A DNA stretch of 64,000 bases, taken from the NCBI GenBank assembly GCA_038087875.1, contig CM075989.1, forward strand, positions 22,508,001-22,572,000, given 5' to 3'. The notes beneath the pieces were generated by a model. It was not told where the DNA came from, searched no databases, and was given only the letters and a program-made list of their open reading frames with translations. Made by a program: the position numbers and the translations under genes. Positions 11,716-24,750 of the stretch are shown here, one piece after another; positions within the stretch are counted from its first letter, which is position 1, and every line of letters begins with the position of its first letter. This stretch comes from Malacoraja senta. Taxonomy: Eukaryota.

Positions 11716-12025
11716 ATAGAGTCATAGAGTGATACAGTGGGGAAACAGGCCCTTTGGCCCAACTTGCCCACACCGGCCAACAATGTCCCATCTACACTGG
11801 TCCTACCTGCCTGCTTTTGGTCCATATCCCTCCAACCCTGTCCTATCCATGTACCTGTCTAACTGTTTATTAAATGTTGTGATAGTCCCAGCCTCAACTA
11901 CCTCCTCTGGCAGCTTGTTCCATACACCCACCACCCTGTGTGAAAAAGTTACCCCTCAGATTCCTATTAAATCTTTTCTCCTTCACTTAAACATTTGACC
12001 TCTTGTCCTCGATTCCCCATTTCTG
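11716..12025 (-). mobile_element. CR1 LINE 3' fragment
   Basis: Same family as 3031-3307. Confidence 0.85.
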
Positions 12026-12034
12026 TGCATCTAA

Positions 12035-12230
12035 TGGGCCTGTCTCACTTGGCGATTTTTTTAGGCAACTGCTGGCGACTGTCATAGTCGTAGCAGGTCA
12101 TCGACAAACCGGCGACAACCTACGTCATCCTGGCGACAACCTACGACAGCACCTACGTCAGGAGAAGTCAAGCTACGCTCGCTGGCGTCAAACCCACTGT
12201 CGCCGTTGGAGGTGGCGAAAATGTCAGAAG
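12035..12230. mobile_element. PIF/Harbinger-like MITE, left part only
   Basis: TAA|TGGGCCTGTCTCACTTGGCGATTTT; interior matches 28310-28646; right end replaced by PLE sequence. Confidence 0.7.
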
Positions 12231-12232
12231 AT

Positions 12233-12560
12233 TATCTGTTGTATGTGACGGCTAGTTGGGTGGAAGATGAGGACAAGGAGGACTCTGCCCTTGTTACGTG
12301 AGGGAAGGGGGGATGGGAAGTGAGAGCGGAGCTACAGGGTATAGAGGAGACCCTGGTGAGAGCCTCATCTATAGTCAAAGAAGGGAACCCCCGTTCCCTA
12401 AAGAATGAGGACATCTCCGATGCCCTGGTTTGGAACACTTCATCCTGGGTTCAAATGCGACGTAGACGGAAGAATTGGGAGTAGGGGATAGAGTCCTTAC
12501 AGGAAGCAGGGTGGGAAGAAGTGTAGTCCAGATAGCCATGGGAGTCAGTGGGTTTGTAGG
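12233..12560 (-). pseudogene. Penelope-like reverse transcriptase fragment (thumb region), with stop codon
   Basis: Minus-strand translation KPTDSHGYLDYTSSHPASCKDSIPYSQFFRLRRI*TQDEVFQTRASEMSSFFRERGFP, a characteristic PLE RT motif. Confidence 0.85.
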
Positions 12561-12979
12561 AGTGAATTCACTTCAATGAAGAAAATATGAAGATAATCTA
12601 TACTGTAGGGAAGAGAAGCTAAGAATTAGAAACCTCTTTTAGCACTTTAGTGGAAGTTCTGTACCAGGTTCAGGTAGCAGTTGTGATGTGGCAGAATGAA
12701 AAAATATCGTTGTAAAACTGGAATATATATCATTCAGAATATTATTCACAGTAACTATTAGACATCATCAAGCAGGTCTGGCTATGGGACAGGCCATGAA
12801 TAGACAAAACATTCTCAAAAATGGTGATGTTACCCCAGGGGGATCACTGGTTGATGCAGACTCGTTGGGCCGAAGGGCCTGTTTCCGCACTGTATCTCTA
12901 AACTAAACTAAAAGTTAATTATAATGTAGATATGAACTTTTGTGACAGATTGGGAAAGGAAAAACAAGTCAAATCAGGT

Positions 12980-14670
12980 AATGAATTTCAAGTGCGTTCA
13001 GAATAGATTTTCTGCAGTGGTGTACCTAAAGACCAAGCGGAGGGCAAGTAATATTATATTTAGCAGTGGGTAATGAGCCAGATTCAGTTAACAGAGCATG
13101 ATCTCTATCCATTAGCCATCATAATATGATCACGTTGGAAGCACTGTTGAAAGAGAGAAGCGCATATCTGCTGCGAAGATTCCAGATTCGACCTCAGCAA
13201 GGAGACAGAGGCAATCCCCGGTAAGCCGGGGAAATCAGGTGAGACAACAGTACAATTATGGGAGGGTTTTCAAAGACGTTTCAATGTGGGAAAGGAGCAC
13301 AAAAGTCAAAAACTCCATTTGACAAAATATGCTGGCAATGATTAAAGAGATAAAAGACAATGTCCCATATATCTATGTTTCTATAATCCGCGTGTAGACT
13401 CTGGAAATATGAAGAAACACAAAAAGAAACACAAAGTATAAGAATGACAAACAAGGGAAGAGATTGCAAAATATATGATCAATGCAAAATTACTATCAAC
13501 TTTAAGAATAAAAAAAGCAGTGATCTGAACAATCATCTGTCCCTTACGTCATCTGGTGTTGACATTGTAGGTGAAAATAAAGAATAACATGTTGAATGAA
13601 TAATCAGTATTTACATTATACATAGAGAATAGATACCTAGATATCTCAATTCAATGTTAATTGAACTGGGCTATCTAGAAAACTATTCTCCACTGTTAAT
13701 CTCTTCGAAACTATTCTCTACAATTCAATGCAACAAAACTAACATTGAACTCAAGACAAATAATTGCCAAAGTGAATACAAGAAGAAAATATAGTTCAAA
13801 AAGGATATATCCTCGATACCTGTGTGTTTATGTCCCAGGAAAGTAGGTGGGAACGTAGTCTGAAGAAGGGTCCCAACCCGAAACGTCGCCTATTCCTTCG
13901 ATCCATAGATGCTGCCTCACCCGCTGAGTTTCTCCAGCTTTTTTGTCTTACAGATACAACGATCATTTTCTAAAGATTTCTTCATTTGAGAAGAATGAAG
14001 TTTCCTTTAGGACAGAAATACTGTCCAAGAAGGGTAAGAAAGGGAAACTTGGGAATTACAGACCCATTAGCCTAACATCTGTTATTGGGAAATAACTAGA
14101 GTCCATAATTCAGGATAATTCCAGCACACTTTGAAAATGTTCAGCTGATCGGAGAGAGCCAGAATGGATTTGATAACCGCAATTGAAGTATTAGAAGAGG
14201 TGGCAAATTGGTGGACAGAACAATGATTATGGATGTTATTATATGGACTTCCAAAAGACATTTTGATAAAGTCCCTCACAAGACTTTTGCTAGCCAACAA
14301 TGAAGCTCATGGAATTGAAGGCAAATTGTTGAAGGGCCTGTTCAAACTCGGAGAATGTCCATAACGAGTCCGTAGGAGGCCGTAGGAGTCCGTGGATATA
14401 GCGTAGCGGCTCGTTATGCCAGCCGTAGGTACTCGGGGCTATTTATATACTCGTGGACATTTTTCATCAGGCCAAAAAAACGTCCCGATTTACCTGATGC
14501 CCCGAGTACCTACGGCTGGCATAACGAGCCGCTACGATATATCCACGGACTCCTACGGAATCGCTACGGACATTCTCCGAGTTTGAATCAAGGGGAAAAC
14601 TCAGGAGAATTCGTGAGTAACTCGGGAAAGTGGGACAGGCCCTTGAGTTAGCTGGGAAATTAGCTCAGTG
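12980..14670 (+). pseudogene. Old, heavily decayed CR1 ORF2 (endonuclease to RT) with younger insertions
   Basis: About 14030-14090 reads KKGKKGKLGNYRPISLTSVIGK; about 14230-14280 is a frameshifted DVIYMDFQK.FDKVPH; an endonuclease-like ...VGNEP segment lies near 13050-13080. Confidence 0.65.
14333..14643. mobile_element. PIF/Harbinger-like palindromic MITE inserted in the old CR1
   Basis: TGA|AGGGCCTGT ... AAGTGGGACAGGCCCT|TGA; long internal inverted repeat; deletion in the left arm. Confidence 0.8.
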
Positions 14671-14727
14671 GTTTGAGATCGTTTGAGTACCTGCTCATCA
14701 TCTCTACACGGTGTCAAGATGCCACTC

Positions 14728-15032
14728 TTTAGACTTTAGAGATACCGCGTGGAAACAGGCCCTTTGGCCCAACGAGTCAATGCTGACCAGCTAAAGCCCC
14801 TTACACTAACACTAACCTACACACTAGGGACAATTTACAATTTACAGAAGTCAATAAATCTACAAACGTGTACATTTTTGGAGTGTGGGAGGAAACTGGA
14901 GCACCCGGAGAAAACCCACACGGGTCACGGGGAGAACGTACAAACTCAGTACAGACAGCACCTGTTGTCAGGATTGAACCTGGGTCTCTCCCTGGCACTA
15001 AGACAGCAAATCTACCGCTGCTCCACCGTGCC
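14728..15032 (-). mobile_element. V-SINE copy
   Basis: Reverse complement of the family consensus. Confidence 0.85.
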
Positions 15033-15216
15033 TCATTATGCCTTGTGATCTATGTCACCATAGCAACTATTTATAATAATCGATTAAATTGAAGAGCTGA
15101 TTAAATTGAAAGTTAACTATTTATTTTTGCATTGATAGAAAAATTGGTACCATTATAGATGTAAATATATGAAATTATAAAGATGTCAGGACAAAATTGA
15201 TTACGGACAACATTGT

Positions 15217-15660
15217 GTAAGAAGGAACTGCAGATGCTGGTTTATACCTAAGATAGATTCAAAATGCTGGAGTAACTCAGTGGGTCAGGCAGCATCTATG
15301 AAGAAAATGGGTGACATTTTGGGTGGGAACCCTTCTTCAGACTGAAAGTAAGGTGGGGAGGCGTTGGGGGGGGGGGTCATGGGGGGGTCATGGGGGGGTC
15401 GTGGGGGCAAACAATAAACTGGAGATGAGAAAAGGCAAGAATAAATAGGGGTCAGTGACAGATAACCGCGGGAAGGGTGGAGCCCACAATGGCCCATTGT
15501 TGTCTGGGGAAGGTGTGATGACAAGAGGGATACAAGGATGTGAACAGTGGAACTGGTGGGATGACTAGGGTGGGGAGGGGAAGGGAAGGGGAGGGAATGT
15601 AGGAGTTAGTTGAAATTAGGGAAATCAACGTTCATACTGTTGGGTTGCAAGTCGCCCAAG
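15217..15660 (-). mobile_element. Penelope-like element 3' part
   Basis: Reverse complement of the 4150-4512 type, including the end of the GIY-YIG ORF. Confidence 0.75.
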
Positions 15661-16721
15661 AACAAAACTGTGATGACTTCATTTCACAGCAAATACTGTG
15701 GTCATGTATCTTAGACTTACGATATATACAAGAGAATACATTGGACTTGGAGAGAGTGCAACACTGGTCAGTCAGGAAGATACCTGGACCATGAGTAAAA
15801 CTGAGGAGAGAAATTACACAAATCGGGGTGAATTCCATGGAATTTAGACACCAAGGATGATTTTGTTGATGTTTACAACATTTAACAGAGCAGATGAGGG
15901 ATCTGTATTTGCTGATTAGAGCTTCTGGGACAGGGGGATATAGTCAAAAGGCCAGATCTAACTTTGCACCACTCAAGTTAGGAAATGCTTCTGCAAACAG
16001 AGGGTCGTAGAAACATGGATTTTTGTTAAAAAAAAAACATTGTGAACTTTACTGAAACAAGTGTAATAAAAGATATAGAGGAAATGCAGACCTTTTGAGG
16101 AATATCTCAGATCAGTCATAAAGGCACAAATAATGAATAGTTTAAGTTTCTATATTCTTATGTTTTGTTTTCAACTTTATATAGTTCCAATCATTGTGGT
16201 TGACTCTAGCATGCTCCATCATAAAGTCTTTCCTATCTTAAAAATGGACTACATTGAAACATTAACTGCAAGATAGTCAGACTGGCTGAAGAAGGGTTTC
16301 GGCCCAAAACGTTGCCTATTTCCTTCGCTCCATAGATGCTGCTGCACCTGCTGAGTTTCTCCAGCATTTTTGTGTACCTTGGCTTTTAAAAAGTTGTATT
16401 CAATTAGTTGTGATACCCCAGACATTTATGCCTTAATAAGAGTAATACTGTCAAAGGGAAACATTTGCAGGAAACATCATTACAGTGAAGGAACAACATC
16501 ATTCCTACCTCCCCCCTCCTTTCCCGTGACTTTCAGACTGAAGAAGGTTCTCGACCCGAAACATCACCCTTTCCATCTCTCCAGAGTTGCTGCCTCTCCC
16601 GCTGAGTTACTCCAGCTTTTTGGGTCTATCCTACATAGAAGGCAGTGCATATCACTGATCAACTCAAAGCCAAAATGAAACCTCTAGTGAGTTCATTTCA
16701 TGCCTTTGTTAAAACAATTAC

Positions 16722-16853
16722 CTCTTCTTCTTCTTGCGTATGGCGTGCACAGCCTAAAGTTGTAGGACAACTTGTTCTATTTGATCTTATTTGATAGTAC
16801 ACTCCGGGTTGATTGCATTCATCGAAACAGTGAAGGTTGCAATCTCCCACCCC
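16722..16853 (-). mobile_element. Ribozyme-headed short retroposon, copy 2 (internally deleted)
   Basis: Reverse complement begins GGGGTGGGAGATTGCAACCTTCAC. Flanked by AAAACAATTAC (16711-21) and AAAACAATGAC (16854-64). An 11-nt deletion removes P3'/P1', and the J4/2 C is changed to T. Confidence 0.85.
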
Positions 16854-17995
16854 AAAACAATGACTACATTTCTCACAGTGAAAGCTACGTCAACAAGTCC
16901 CGTGCCTTTTTTGTTTCTATTTGGTCCACAATGAGACCTTGCGCCCAATTTGGGGAAAATGTCATTGCTTAGTCTTAACTTGTTCAACCAAACATGCCAA
17001 GGTTGGGTCCATGACAGACCAGAAGCTGCCTAACATGAATCTTCATTGCTCAAAACATTTGCAATAATCTGCCTTTGAATAGATATTTCCTGTACAGGGG
17101 GACCCCGTGTAGTTAGTGAGACCAGTACTTTAAGAAAGATCATTTGTTCCTATCTGCTGCAAATTGACGATATAATAGGTCATTTCTAAATACTCCAGCA
17201 TAGGTCTAAATACCTCAGGTCATGTTCCTGACTTTGGCGAGGCTGCCAAGGTCATCATCATGACCGCATTTTACCTCAGACGTGAGCATTGCTTCAAAGT
17301 CATAATGTTACATGTGGAAGTTTGAACATGTCTATATTTATTTTATATTATTAGCCCACGGGGTGTAACACAAATTAAACTCACTCCATTTAAGACCTTC
17401 AGAATTAGAAGGAGAAAGATGACGAGAGAGTGAGAGCAAGAGCAAAGAGAGAGGTGAGAGAGAAAATAAGAGTGAGAAGAGACGGTGAGGAGAGAGAAGT
17501 GGTTTCATCAGTTTCCATCTCCACTAGATTTGATTTCAGGCCCACAGGTGAAATGTCACAATTCTAACCTACTTAGAGAGATGATATCAAATTAATTAAC
17601 ACTGTTCTGATTGTTCCAATAATACTAAAGAGAGCTAATGCACTGTTAAAAGCAATACAGCAGTTCACATGGCTGTGACATTGAAAGATAATAGAAATTT
17701 TACAGAATCAAACTAAAAATCAGTTGTTAGTGACAATTTTATAAAATCCTAGAAATAATGCTGCTACAGAGAAAACAATGGAAAACTATTGCTATCTTTA
17801 CAAAATTAAAACTGATCTATCAAAATTGAGGCAATATGCATTTCTGCAAAAAAAATGTGGAACCATTTCTATGATGCATATGTTCAGTTGGCGATATCTT
17901 GTTCAGTTATGCTTTATGTATTGGCACAGGTACTGATCATTTGGTATTGTTTCTAGTACATCTTAATTTTTTAATAATAACATGTACCCATCTAT

Positions 17996-18521
17996 TTTTT
18001 AGTTTTTAGTTTAAAGATGCAGCGCGGAAGCAGGCCCTTCAGCCCACCGAGTCCACGTCGACCAGCGATCCCAGCACACGAATGGGCCTGTCCCACTTAG
18101 GCGATTCATTAGGCGACTGGCAGGGACTAGTTTTAATGGAATTCACCCACGACTCCTGGCGACAACCCACGACAGCAAAAATTGTCCTCACTCTCACCAA
18201 ACATTTTTCAACATGTTGAAAATTTTGCAGCAGTCGCCTGTAGTCGCCCAAAAATTCGCCTAAGTGGGACAGGCCCATAGCACTATCCAACGCACACTAG
18301 GGACAATTTACAATTTACAAATGATACCGAGCCAATTAACCTACAAACCTGTATGTCTTTGGAGTGTGGGAGGAAACCGGAGATCCCAGAGAAAACCCAC
18401 GCAGGTGACGGGGAGAACGTACAAACTCCACACACACGGCACCTATTGTCAGGATCGAACAGGGGGTTTCTGGCAGCATCTGTGAGGCAGCATCTCTCCC
18501 TGCTGCGCCACCGTGCCGCCC
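17996..18521 (-). mobile_element. V-SINE interrupted by a Harbinger-like MITE
   Basis: SINE sequence resumes on both sides of 18083-18277. Confidence 0.85.
18083..18277. mobile_element. PIF/Harbinger-like MITE
   Basis: TGGGCCTGTCCCACTTAGGCGA ... TCGCCTAAGTGGGACAGGCCCA, perfect 22-bp TIR; TSD imperfect (GAA/TAG). Confidence 0.85.
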
Positions 18522-19433
18522 TCAACTCTGAATGAAATCGTTCTACAAAATGGCTCCATTTCGTACAAAATAAAACTAAATGTCGTCTGTGCCTATTTTC
18601 ATTTGCGATCATTTTCCTTTCCTCCAGAAAGGTCCCTTTAATTTCATACTAGTTCCATTTTTTGCCTCACGCTGCTTTCCAACCGGTGCTTTTCCCTTTC
18701 TCTTCTTAACGTGGCAGGGTGGTCAAATGGTGCACTTTGGAAGAATAATGTAGATTAAATGCAGGGGCAGAAATATTGCCTGTTCATTGTGCATTCAGCA
18801 CTAAAACAAAATTAAATCAGCTTAAAGGTTGAAGTTGGCAGAAAAAATTGCTGCACCTGACTTAAGATGTTAGCCTTGCTAAGAATTCTGAAGGTTAAAT
18901 TACACGATAAGTAACAGTGGTTTATTGATTTCGTTATTGCACAATTTGCCGCATTTAAAGGACCTTCTCTGTCACCCCGCAATAAGACTTAACTGCAGGC
19001 TATTTCCTTGTGTTTCACTTGAGGCTGTTCAATGCAAAAAGCTTTGAAGTGTAACTGGTTGCAACTTTCTAAGTACATCAAAGGGAAATACCCGACCCAT
19101 ATTCAGCACTTCATGTGGAAATTAGAACAAATGTTAATAAATTTAATTGTGCTCTGGCTGAATTTTTCCATAATCTCTTCTTTCTGCTGACTGGATAGCA
19201 CGCAACAAAAGCTTTTCACTGTACCTTGGTACACGTGACAATTAACTAAAGTAAACTGAACTAGCAGCCTGGGGCTCGGCTGGACCTGGCGCAGCTCCAC
19301 GAAGCCCAACACATGGACCCTAACACTTATAACTGGGACTTGGAAATGGCGCCAAATCTAGTGACTCTGTACACTGCCTTAGTGTACAACTACTATTGCT
19401 ATACAATGTACCGTGTCCGAGATCTCAGATAAG

Positions 19434-19621
19434 GGTAGCACGGTGGCCCAGTGGTAGAGTTGCTGCCTTACAGCACTTGCAGCGCCAGAGACCAGGGTTT
19501 GATCGTGACTCCGGGTGCTGTCTGTACGGAGTCTGTACGTTCTCCCCGTGACCTGCGTTGGTTTTCTCCAAGATCTTCGGATTCCTCCCGCACTCCACAC
19601 ACGTACAGGTTCGTAGGTTAA
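19434..19621 (+). mobile_element. V-SINE 5' half
   Basis: tRNA-like head plus V-domain, cut off by another element. Confidence 0.8.
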
Positions 19622-20388
19622 TAAAGTAAAGTATCCTTTATTGCCATTCAAACTTGTTAGTTTGAACGAAATTTAAATACCTTGCAGTCATAACAGAGAA
19701 TAAAATAACAGAACACACAATGAACACAGTTTAACATTCACCACAGTGAGTCTACCAGGCACCTCCTCACTGAGATGGAAGGCAAAAGTCTTAAAGTCCT
19801 CGTCTCTTCCTTCCTTGTCAGTGGATATTTTTATGGCAGAGATAGACATATTCTTGATTAGAACGGGTGTCAAAGGTTATAGGGAGAAGGCAGGAAAATG
19901 GGATTAGGAGGCAGAGATCAGCCATGATTGAATGGCGGAGTAGACTCGATGGGCCGAATGGCCTAATTCTACCCCTATACCCTGTGAACTTGTGAACTTG
20001 AAAATGAATATAGACGTACTATAATCACCGCTCAACTGTTTAGAAGTCATTGTTACAGTGGCTATGTTACCAATGTTCTCACTGAAGGTACAAGAGGTAG
20101 AGAACGACTCAGTTACGCTGTAAATCAGCACCAAATTGTCTGCAGTTTTACCAATGAATCCACATGTAAATTTCAATGCACTAAAATTAACACTCCTGTC
20201 AACATGCATATTAATCACCATCTTATATTTTGCACTTATTGCAAATTATGTTCTCGCTTGAAAATTAAATTACAACCTGATGAATGAATAATACAAAAGG
20301 GTTGTTTTCATAACCATCGAGATTGGTCCTGGACAAAGTTATACCACTATTAACTTATAACTAATTATGATCAATTCACAGCCCAGTG

Positions 20389-20510
20389 TTTCAGAAAGAA
20401 CTGCAGATGCTGGAAAATCGAAGGTAGACAAAATTGCTGGAGAAACTCAGCGGGTGAGGCAGCATCTATGGAGCGAAGGAAATAGGCAACTTTTCGGGTC
20501 GAGACCCTTC
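20389..20510 (-). mobile_element. Penelope-like 3' fragment with 14-bp TSD
   Basis: TTCACAGCCCAGTG at 20375-88 and 20511-24. Confidence 0.8.
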
Positions 20511-20857
20511 TTCACAGCCCAGTGATGTTTGTGCAAAAATAATTAATCTAGTGATGTTGTTATTTGCTAGGTGTTAACGTTGCAGCTTTTGGATTATATT
20601 GTAAATCAATAATTGAAAGCCCCCAATTTAATTTTCAGTATTCCTTCTCACTTTAGTTTGTACTGGAGACGAGAAAATCTTCATCCACTAATATGGTTAT
20701 GAAATAACGTCACTTGCACTTTGAAAATATGTGTACATCCATTCAATGTCAAATTGCATGATGACTTCTTGGATTAAAATTCAAATGAGTGCTAATAATC
20801 TTGCCTAACACGTGTTTTATGGTAAAATATAAAGTTGATTTGAATCGATGCAGAGAA

Positions 20858-21165
20858 TTCAGTTTAGTGTAGCAATACAAAATGGTAACAGGCCCTTCGG
20901 CCCATCGAGTCCTCGCTGACCATCGCACTATTTCTACATTTTCATCCATACCCTACACACGGGGGGGCAATTTACAGCGGGCCAGTTAACCTACAAACCC
21001 GCACGTCTTTGGGATGTGGGATGAAACCGGAGCACCCGGAGGCAACCCATGCAGACACAGGGAGAATGTGCAAACTCCACACAGAGAGTACTCGAGGTAA
21101 GGATCGAACCCGGGTCTCTGGCCCTGTGAGGCAGCAGCTCTACCACATGCACCACTGTGTTGCCC
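20858..21165 (-). mobile_element. V-SINE copy (older subfamily)
   Basis: Reverse V-domain and tRNA head. Confidence 0.8.
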
Positions 21166-21801
21166 TGAGTTATTAAAAATTGTTTTCCTGCTTCTACACC
21201 AATATTCATTTCTGAATATTGCAGATAATATGATCTGTTTAATATTCCGGTTTAGGTCTGTGCTGCAAACTGATTCAGAATATCTTTATAGTAGAGAAAG
21301 TGCACTAGTTAATGCAAGTGGTGGTATCAAGTGAAGAATGTGGGGTTATGAATCTTTCCTCAAAACTATATGTGTAGGAAGGAACTGCAGATGCTGGTTT
21401 AAACCGAAGATAGACACAAAACGCTGGAGTAACTCAGCGGGACAGGCAGCATCTCTGGAGAGAAGGGACTGGTGACGTACTGTATCAGGTCGAGACCTTT
21501 CTTCAGACGGAAGAAGGGTCTCGACCCGAAACGTCACCCATTCCCTCCCTCAAAAACTACATGTCATGTACACACTTTATGCAGTGGATGCCAATTCACT
21601 GGATGTTTTCAAGAGAGAGTTACAGTAGATTTAGCTCTTAGGGTTAACGGAATCAAGGGATATGGGGAAAAGCAGGAACGGGGTACTGATTCTGGATGAT
21701 CAGCCATGATCATATCGAATGATGGTGCTGGCTTGAAGGGCCAAATGGCCTACTCCTGCACCTATTTTCTATGTTTCTATGTTTCTATCGTTAATGCATA
21801 G

Positions 21802-22097
21802 TCATCATCATCATCATGATCGTTGAAAACATCAAGGGACACGCTGCCTTACAATGCCGTGTACGACAGTGATCGCAACTTCTACTGAAGTGTGGATGGC
21901 CGTTGGCTCGCTAGGAGCTCATCCACCCTTTGACAGGTCTTGTTTTTGGTCCTGCTGGGGGTTCACAGCCCCCTCCTCACCTGGCAAACCAGGGGGGGGA
22001 GACGGTTCAGTCGCCGACTATCCGACCATGGGGCAGGTAGCACAGGATTACATGGTACCCGTGGCAGGGGAAACTCCCCCAGACCTGGCCTTGACTT
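21802..22097 (-). mobile_element. ~290-nt short retroposon with (ATG)n tail, copy 1
   Basis: Colinear with 43035-43312 over its whole length; (CAT)n on the plus strand at the left end. Confidence 0.75.
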
Positions 22098-22518
22098 ATT
22101 CCCACATCTACACTAGTTCCATAGGTCCTCATCTTTCGGAGTCTTGCTAGTTAATTGCCTCTCTAAAGGCCATTTAAATGCAGCAACTGTTCCCAACTCC
22201 ATCACCTCCTCTGTCAGCAGGTCTCACATATCAACCACTCTCTGTGTAAAAATAAATGCATTTCCCCTCAAATTCCATTTAAGACTCTCTCCTCTCACCT
22301 TAAATCTGCGCCCTCTTGTTTTTGATAACCTTTACCGTGGGAAGAAAAGATTCTGGCCATCTACCCCATCTATTACTTTGGTCATTTTATCTACTGCACC
22401 TCTAACAGATTGCCTGCCAGCCTCACTTTTTCCAATGGAAACAAACCCTGACTTCTCAATCTCTCCCCATAGCTGAACTCTTCCAATACATGCAACGTCA
22501 ATCTCATCTCCAGCACAA

Positions 22519-22884
22519 GGGTGGCATGGTGGCGCAGCGGTAGAGTTGCTGCCTCACAGCGCCAGAGACCCGGGTTCGATCATGACTACGGGTGCTGTCT
22601 GTACGGAGTTTGTACGTTCTTCCCGTGACCCCGCGGGTTATCCCTGGGTGCTCCGGTTTCCTTCCATGCTTCCAATGTAGGTTAATTTGGCTTCGGTAAA
22701 AATTGCAGGTTGAGTTGATTTATTGTCACGTGTGCGGTGATAAGCTTTTGTTCTGTGCTAACCAAAGTGCTAATTGTCCCTAGTGTACAGGATAGTGCTA
22801 GTGGAGGGGATCGCTGGTCGGTGCGAACTCAGTGGGCAGAAGGGCCTGCTTCCTCATAGTATCTCTAAACTTAACTAAAGTAAA
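22519..22884 (+). mobile_element. V-SINE with short Rex1-tail insertion
   Basis: Head GGTGGCGCAGCGGTAGAG...GGTTCGATC; TTTATTGTCACGTG insert near 22715-22765. Confidence 0.8.
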
Positions 22885-23349
22885 CACATCAGCATCTGCG
22901 CTGTAATGTGGCAGCCAGGTCTACACATAATACTCCAAGTGGAGGTCACACAATACTTGCATTGTCTGCACCTGTTTGAGTCAGTGGCGGATGGATACAA
23001 AATTCATGCTCAGACCTCATTAACACTGCCCACTGAGAATAAACCTAGCCCTTTCTACAATTAACACTGATACCTGATTCTCGGTTTCTGAAATTAAAAA
23101 AAGATGCTGGAAATCTGAAACAAAAACAGAAAAGTCTGGTGACCTGCAGCAGGTCAGGCCAAGACCCGTCAACTAACAAAGTTCACATTTCTGGTCCGAG
23201 CACGGCGTTAATTAGATACAGGGCTGCATCTCTTGATGGGAACGTGGTTGTTGGCTGCTCATGCCGGAGGATATTCATCAGATTGGACTTCATCACTCCA
23301 CTTCTCCTCTGAAGCTTCTGAGAAACAAACTCAATTCTACCCTCTATTC

Positions 23350-23740
23350 CATGGAGCGCAGGGGTGATCTTCTCGATGTGTACAAAATCATGAGAGGAAT
23401 AGAGTGGGTCGATGCACACAGTCTCTTGCCCAGAGTAGGGGAATCGAGAACCAGAGGACATAGGTTCAAGGTGAAGGGGAAAAGATTTAATAGGAATCCG
23501 AGGGGTCATCTTTTTCACACAAAGGGTGGCGGGTGTATGGAACAAGCTGCCAGAGGAGATAGCGGAGGCTGGGAATATCCCATTGTTTAAGAAACAGTTA
23601 GTCAGGTACATGGATGAGACAGGTTTTGGAGGGATATGGACCAAGCGCAGGCAAGGTGGACTAGCGTAGCTGGGACATTGTTGGGCGAGTTGGGCCGCAT
23701 GGCTTGTTTCCACACTGTATCACTCTATGACTATGACTCT
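23350..23740 (+). mobile_element. CR1 LINE 3' fragment
   Basis: RRGDLLDVYKIMRGIEWVDAHSLLPRVGESRTRGHRFKVKGKRF (CR1 ORF2 C-terminus); CTATGA tail. Confidence 0.9.
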
Positions 23741-24130
23741 AACGCACAGACAAAGTTCAGAACTGCATAGATCATAGAAGCAGAATTAGGCCATTCAGCC
23801 CATTGAGTCAACTCTGCCATTCAATCGTGGCTATGAAGTTAACAATATTGGCTTAACACGTACCTTCATTTATGATGGGTGCTCTTCTGTTCTGCAAGAT
23901 GGGCTCAGTGTACAATCCCGATCTAAGCATGCAGTCCATGAACAGGGTGGGGTGTCAGTGTTGATGCTGAAATGTCAAAGAAACACACACTTGCTAAATT
24001 TGCAGTGGATAAGCAAATTGCGGGGAGGAGGGGGGGGGGGTGGAGAGGACAGCAACAGGTCATTAGAGATTGTGGATGAAAAATATTTAGGGAGAGAATT
24101 GGTGATTGAAGTTCAACTCAGGAAATTGCA

Positions 24131-24750
24131 AATAGACACAAAAAGCTGGAGTAACTCAGCGGGACAGGCAACATCTCTGGAGAGAAGGAATAGGTAACGT
24201 TTCAGCTCAAGACCTTTCTTCAGACCCGAACTGAAGTCTAGACCCGAAACGTCACCCATTCCGTCTCTCCAGAGATGCTGCCTGACCCGCTGAGTTACTC
24301 CAGCTTTTTTGTGTCTACCTTCAACTCCTCTGACTATCTTTAATTAGATTTTACTGGACTTTATTTATTTCCTTTATCCAGCTTTTTGTGTCTATCTTCG
24401 GTTTAAAGCAACATCTGCTGTTCCTTCCTGCTCAGAAAATTGCAAGTTAATACGTTTTGCCAAAAAAAAACTAATTGCTGGCATTTCTTGGAAGATTTAG
24501 GTCCAGGCTGGGGAGAGAAAGAAAGGGATCCTAAAGCACAAATATAAGAAATACTGTGGGCAGAAAGGAGCTGCAGATGCTGGTTTACTCCGAAGATAGA
24601 CACAAAATGCTGGAGTAACTCAGCGGGTCAGGCTGCATCTCTGGAGAGAAGGAATAGGTGACATTTCGAGTTCCAACCCAAAACGTCACCTATTCCTTTT
24701 CTCCAGAGATGCTGCCTGACCCGCTGAGAAACTCCAGGGTTTTGTGCACT
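24131..24750. mobile_element. Cluster of fold-back Penelope-like 3' fragments
   Basis: Inverted dimers at about 24131-24320 and 24560-24745, plus a fragment near 24377-24430. Confidence 0.75.

Noticed and set aside
17420..17500. GA-rich tract as a regulatory element
   Set aside because: Simple low-complexity sequence with no further support.
24131..24750. CRISPR-like array of palindromic repeats
   Set aside because: Dispersed, variable-length PLE fragments in eukaryotic DNA; no regular spacers or cas genes.
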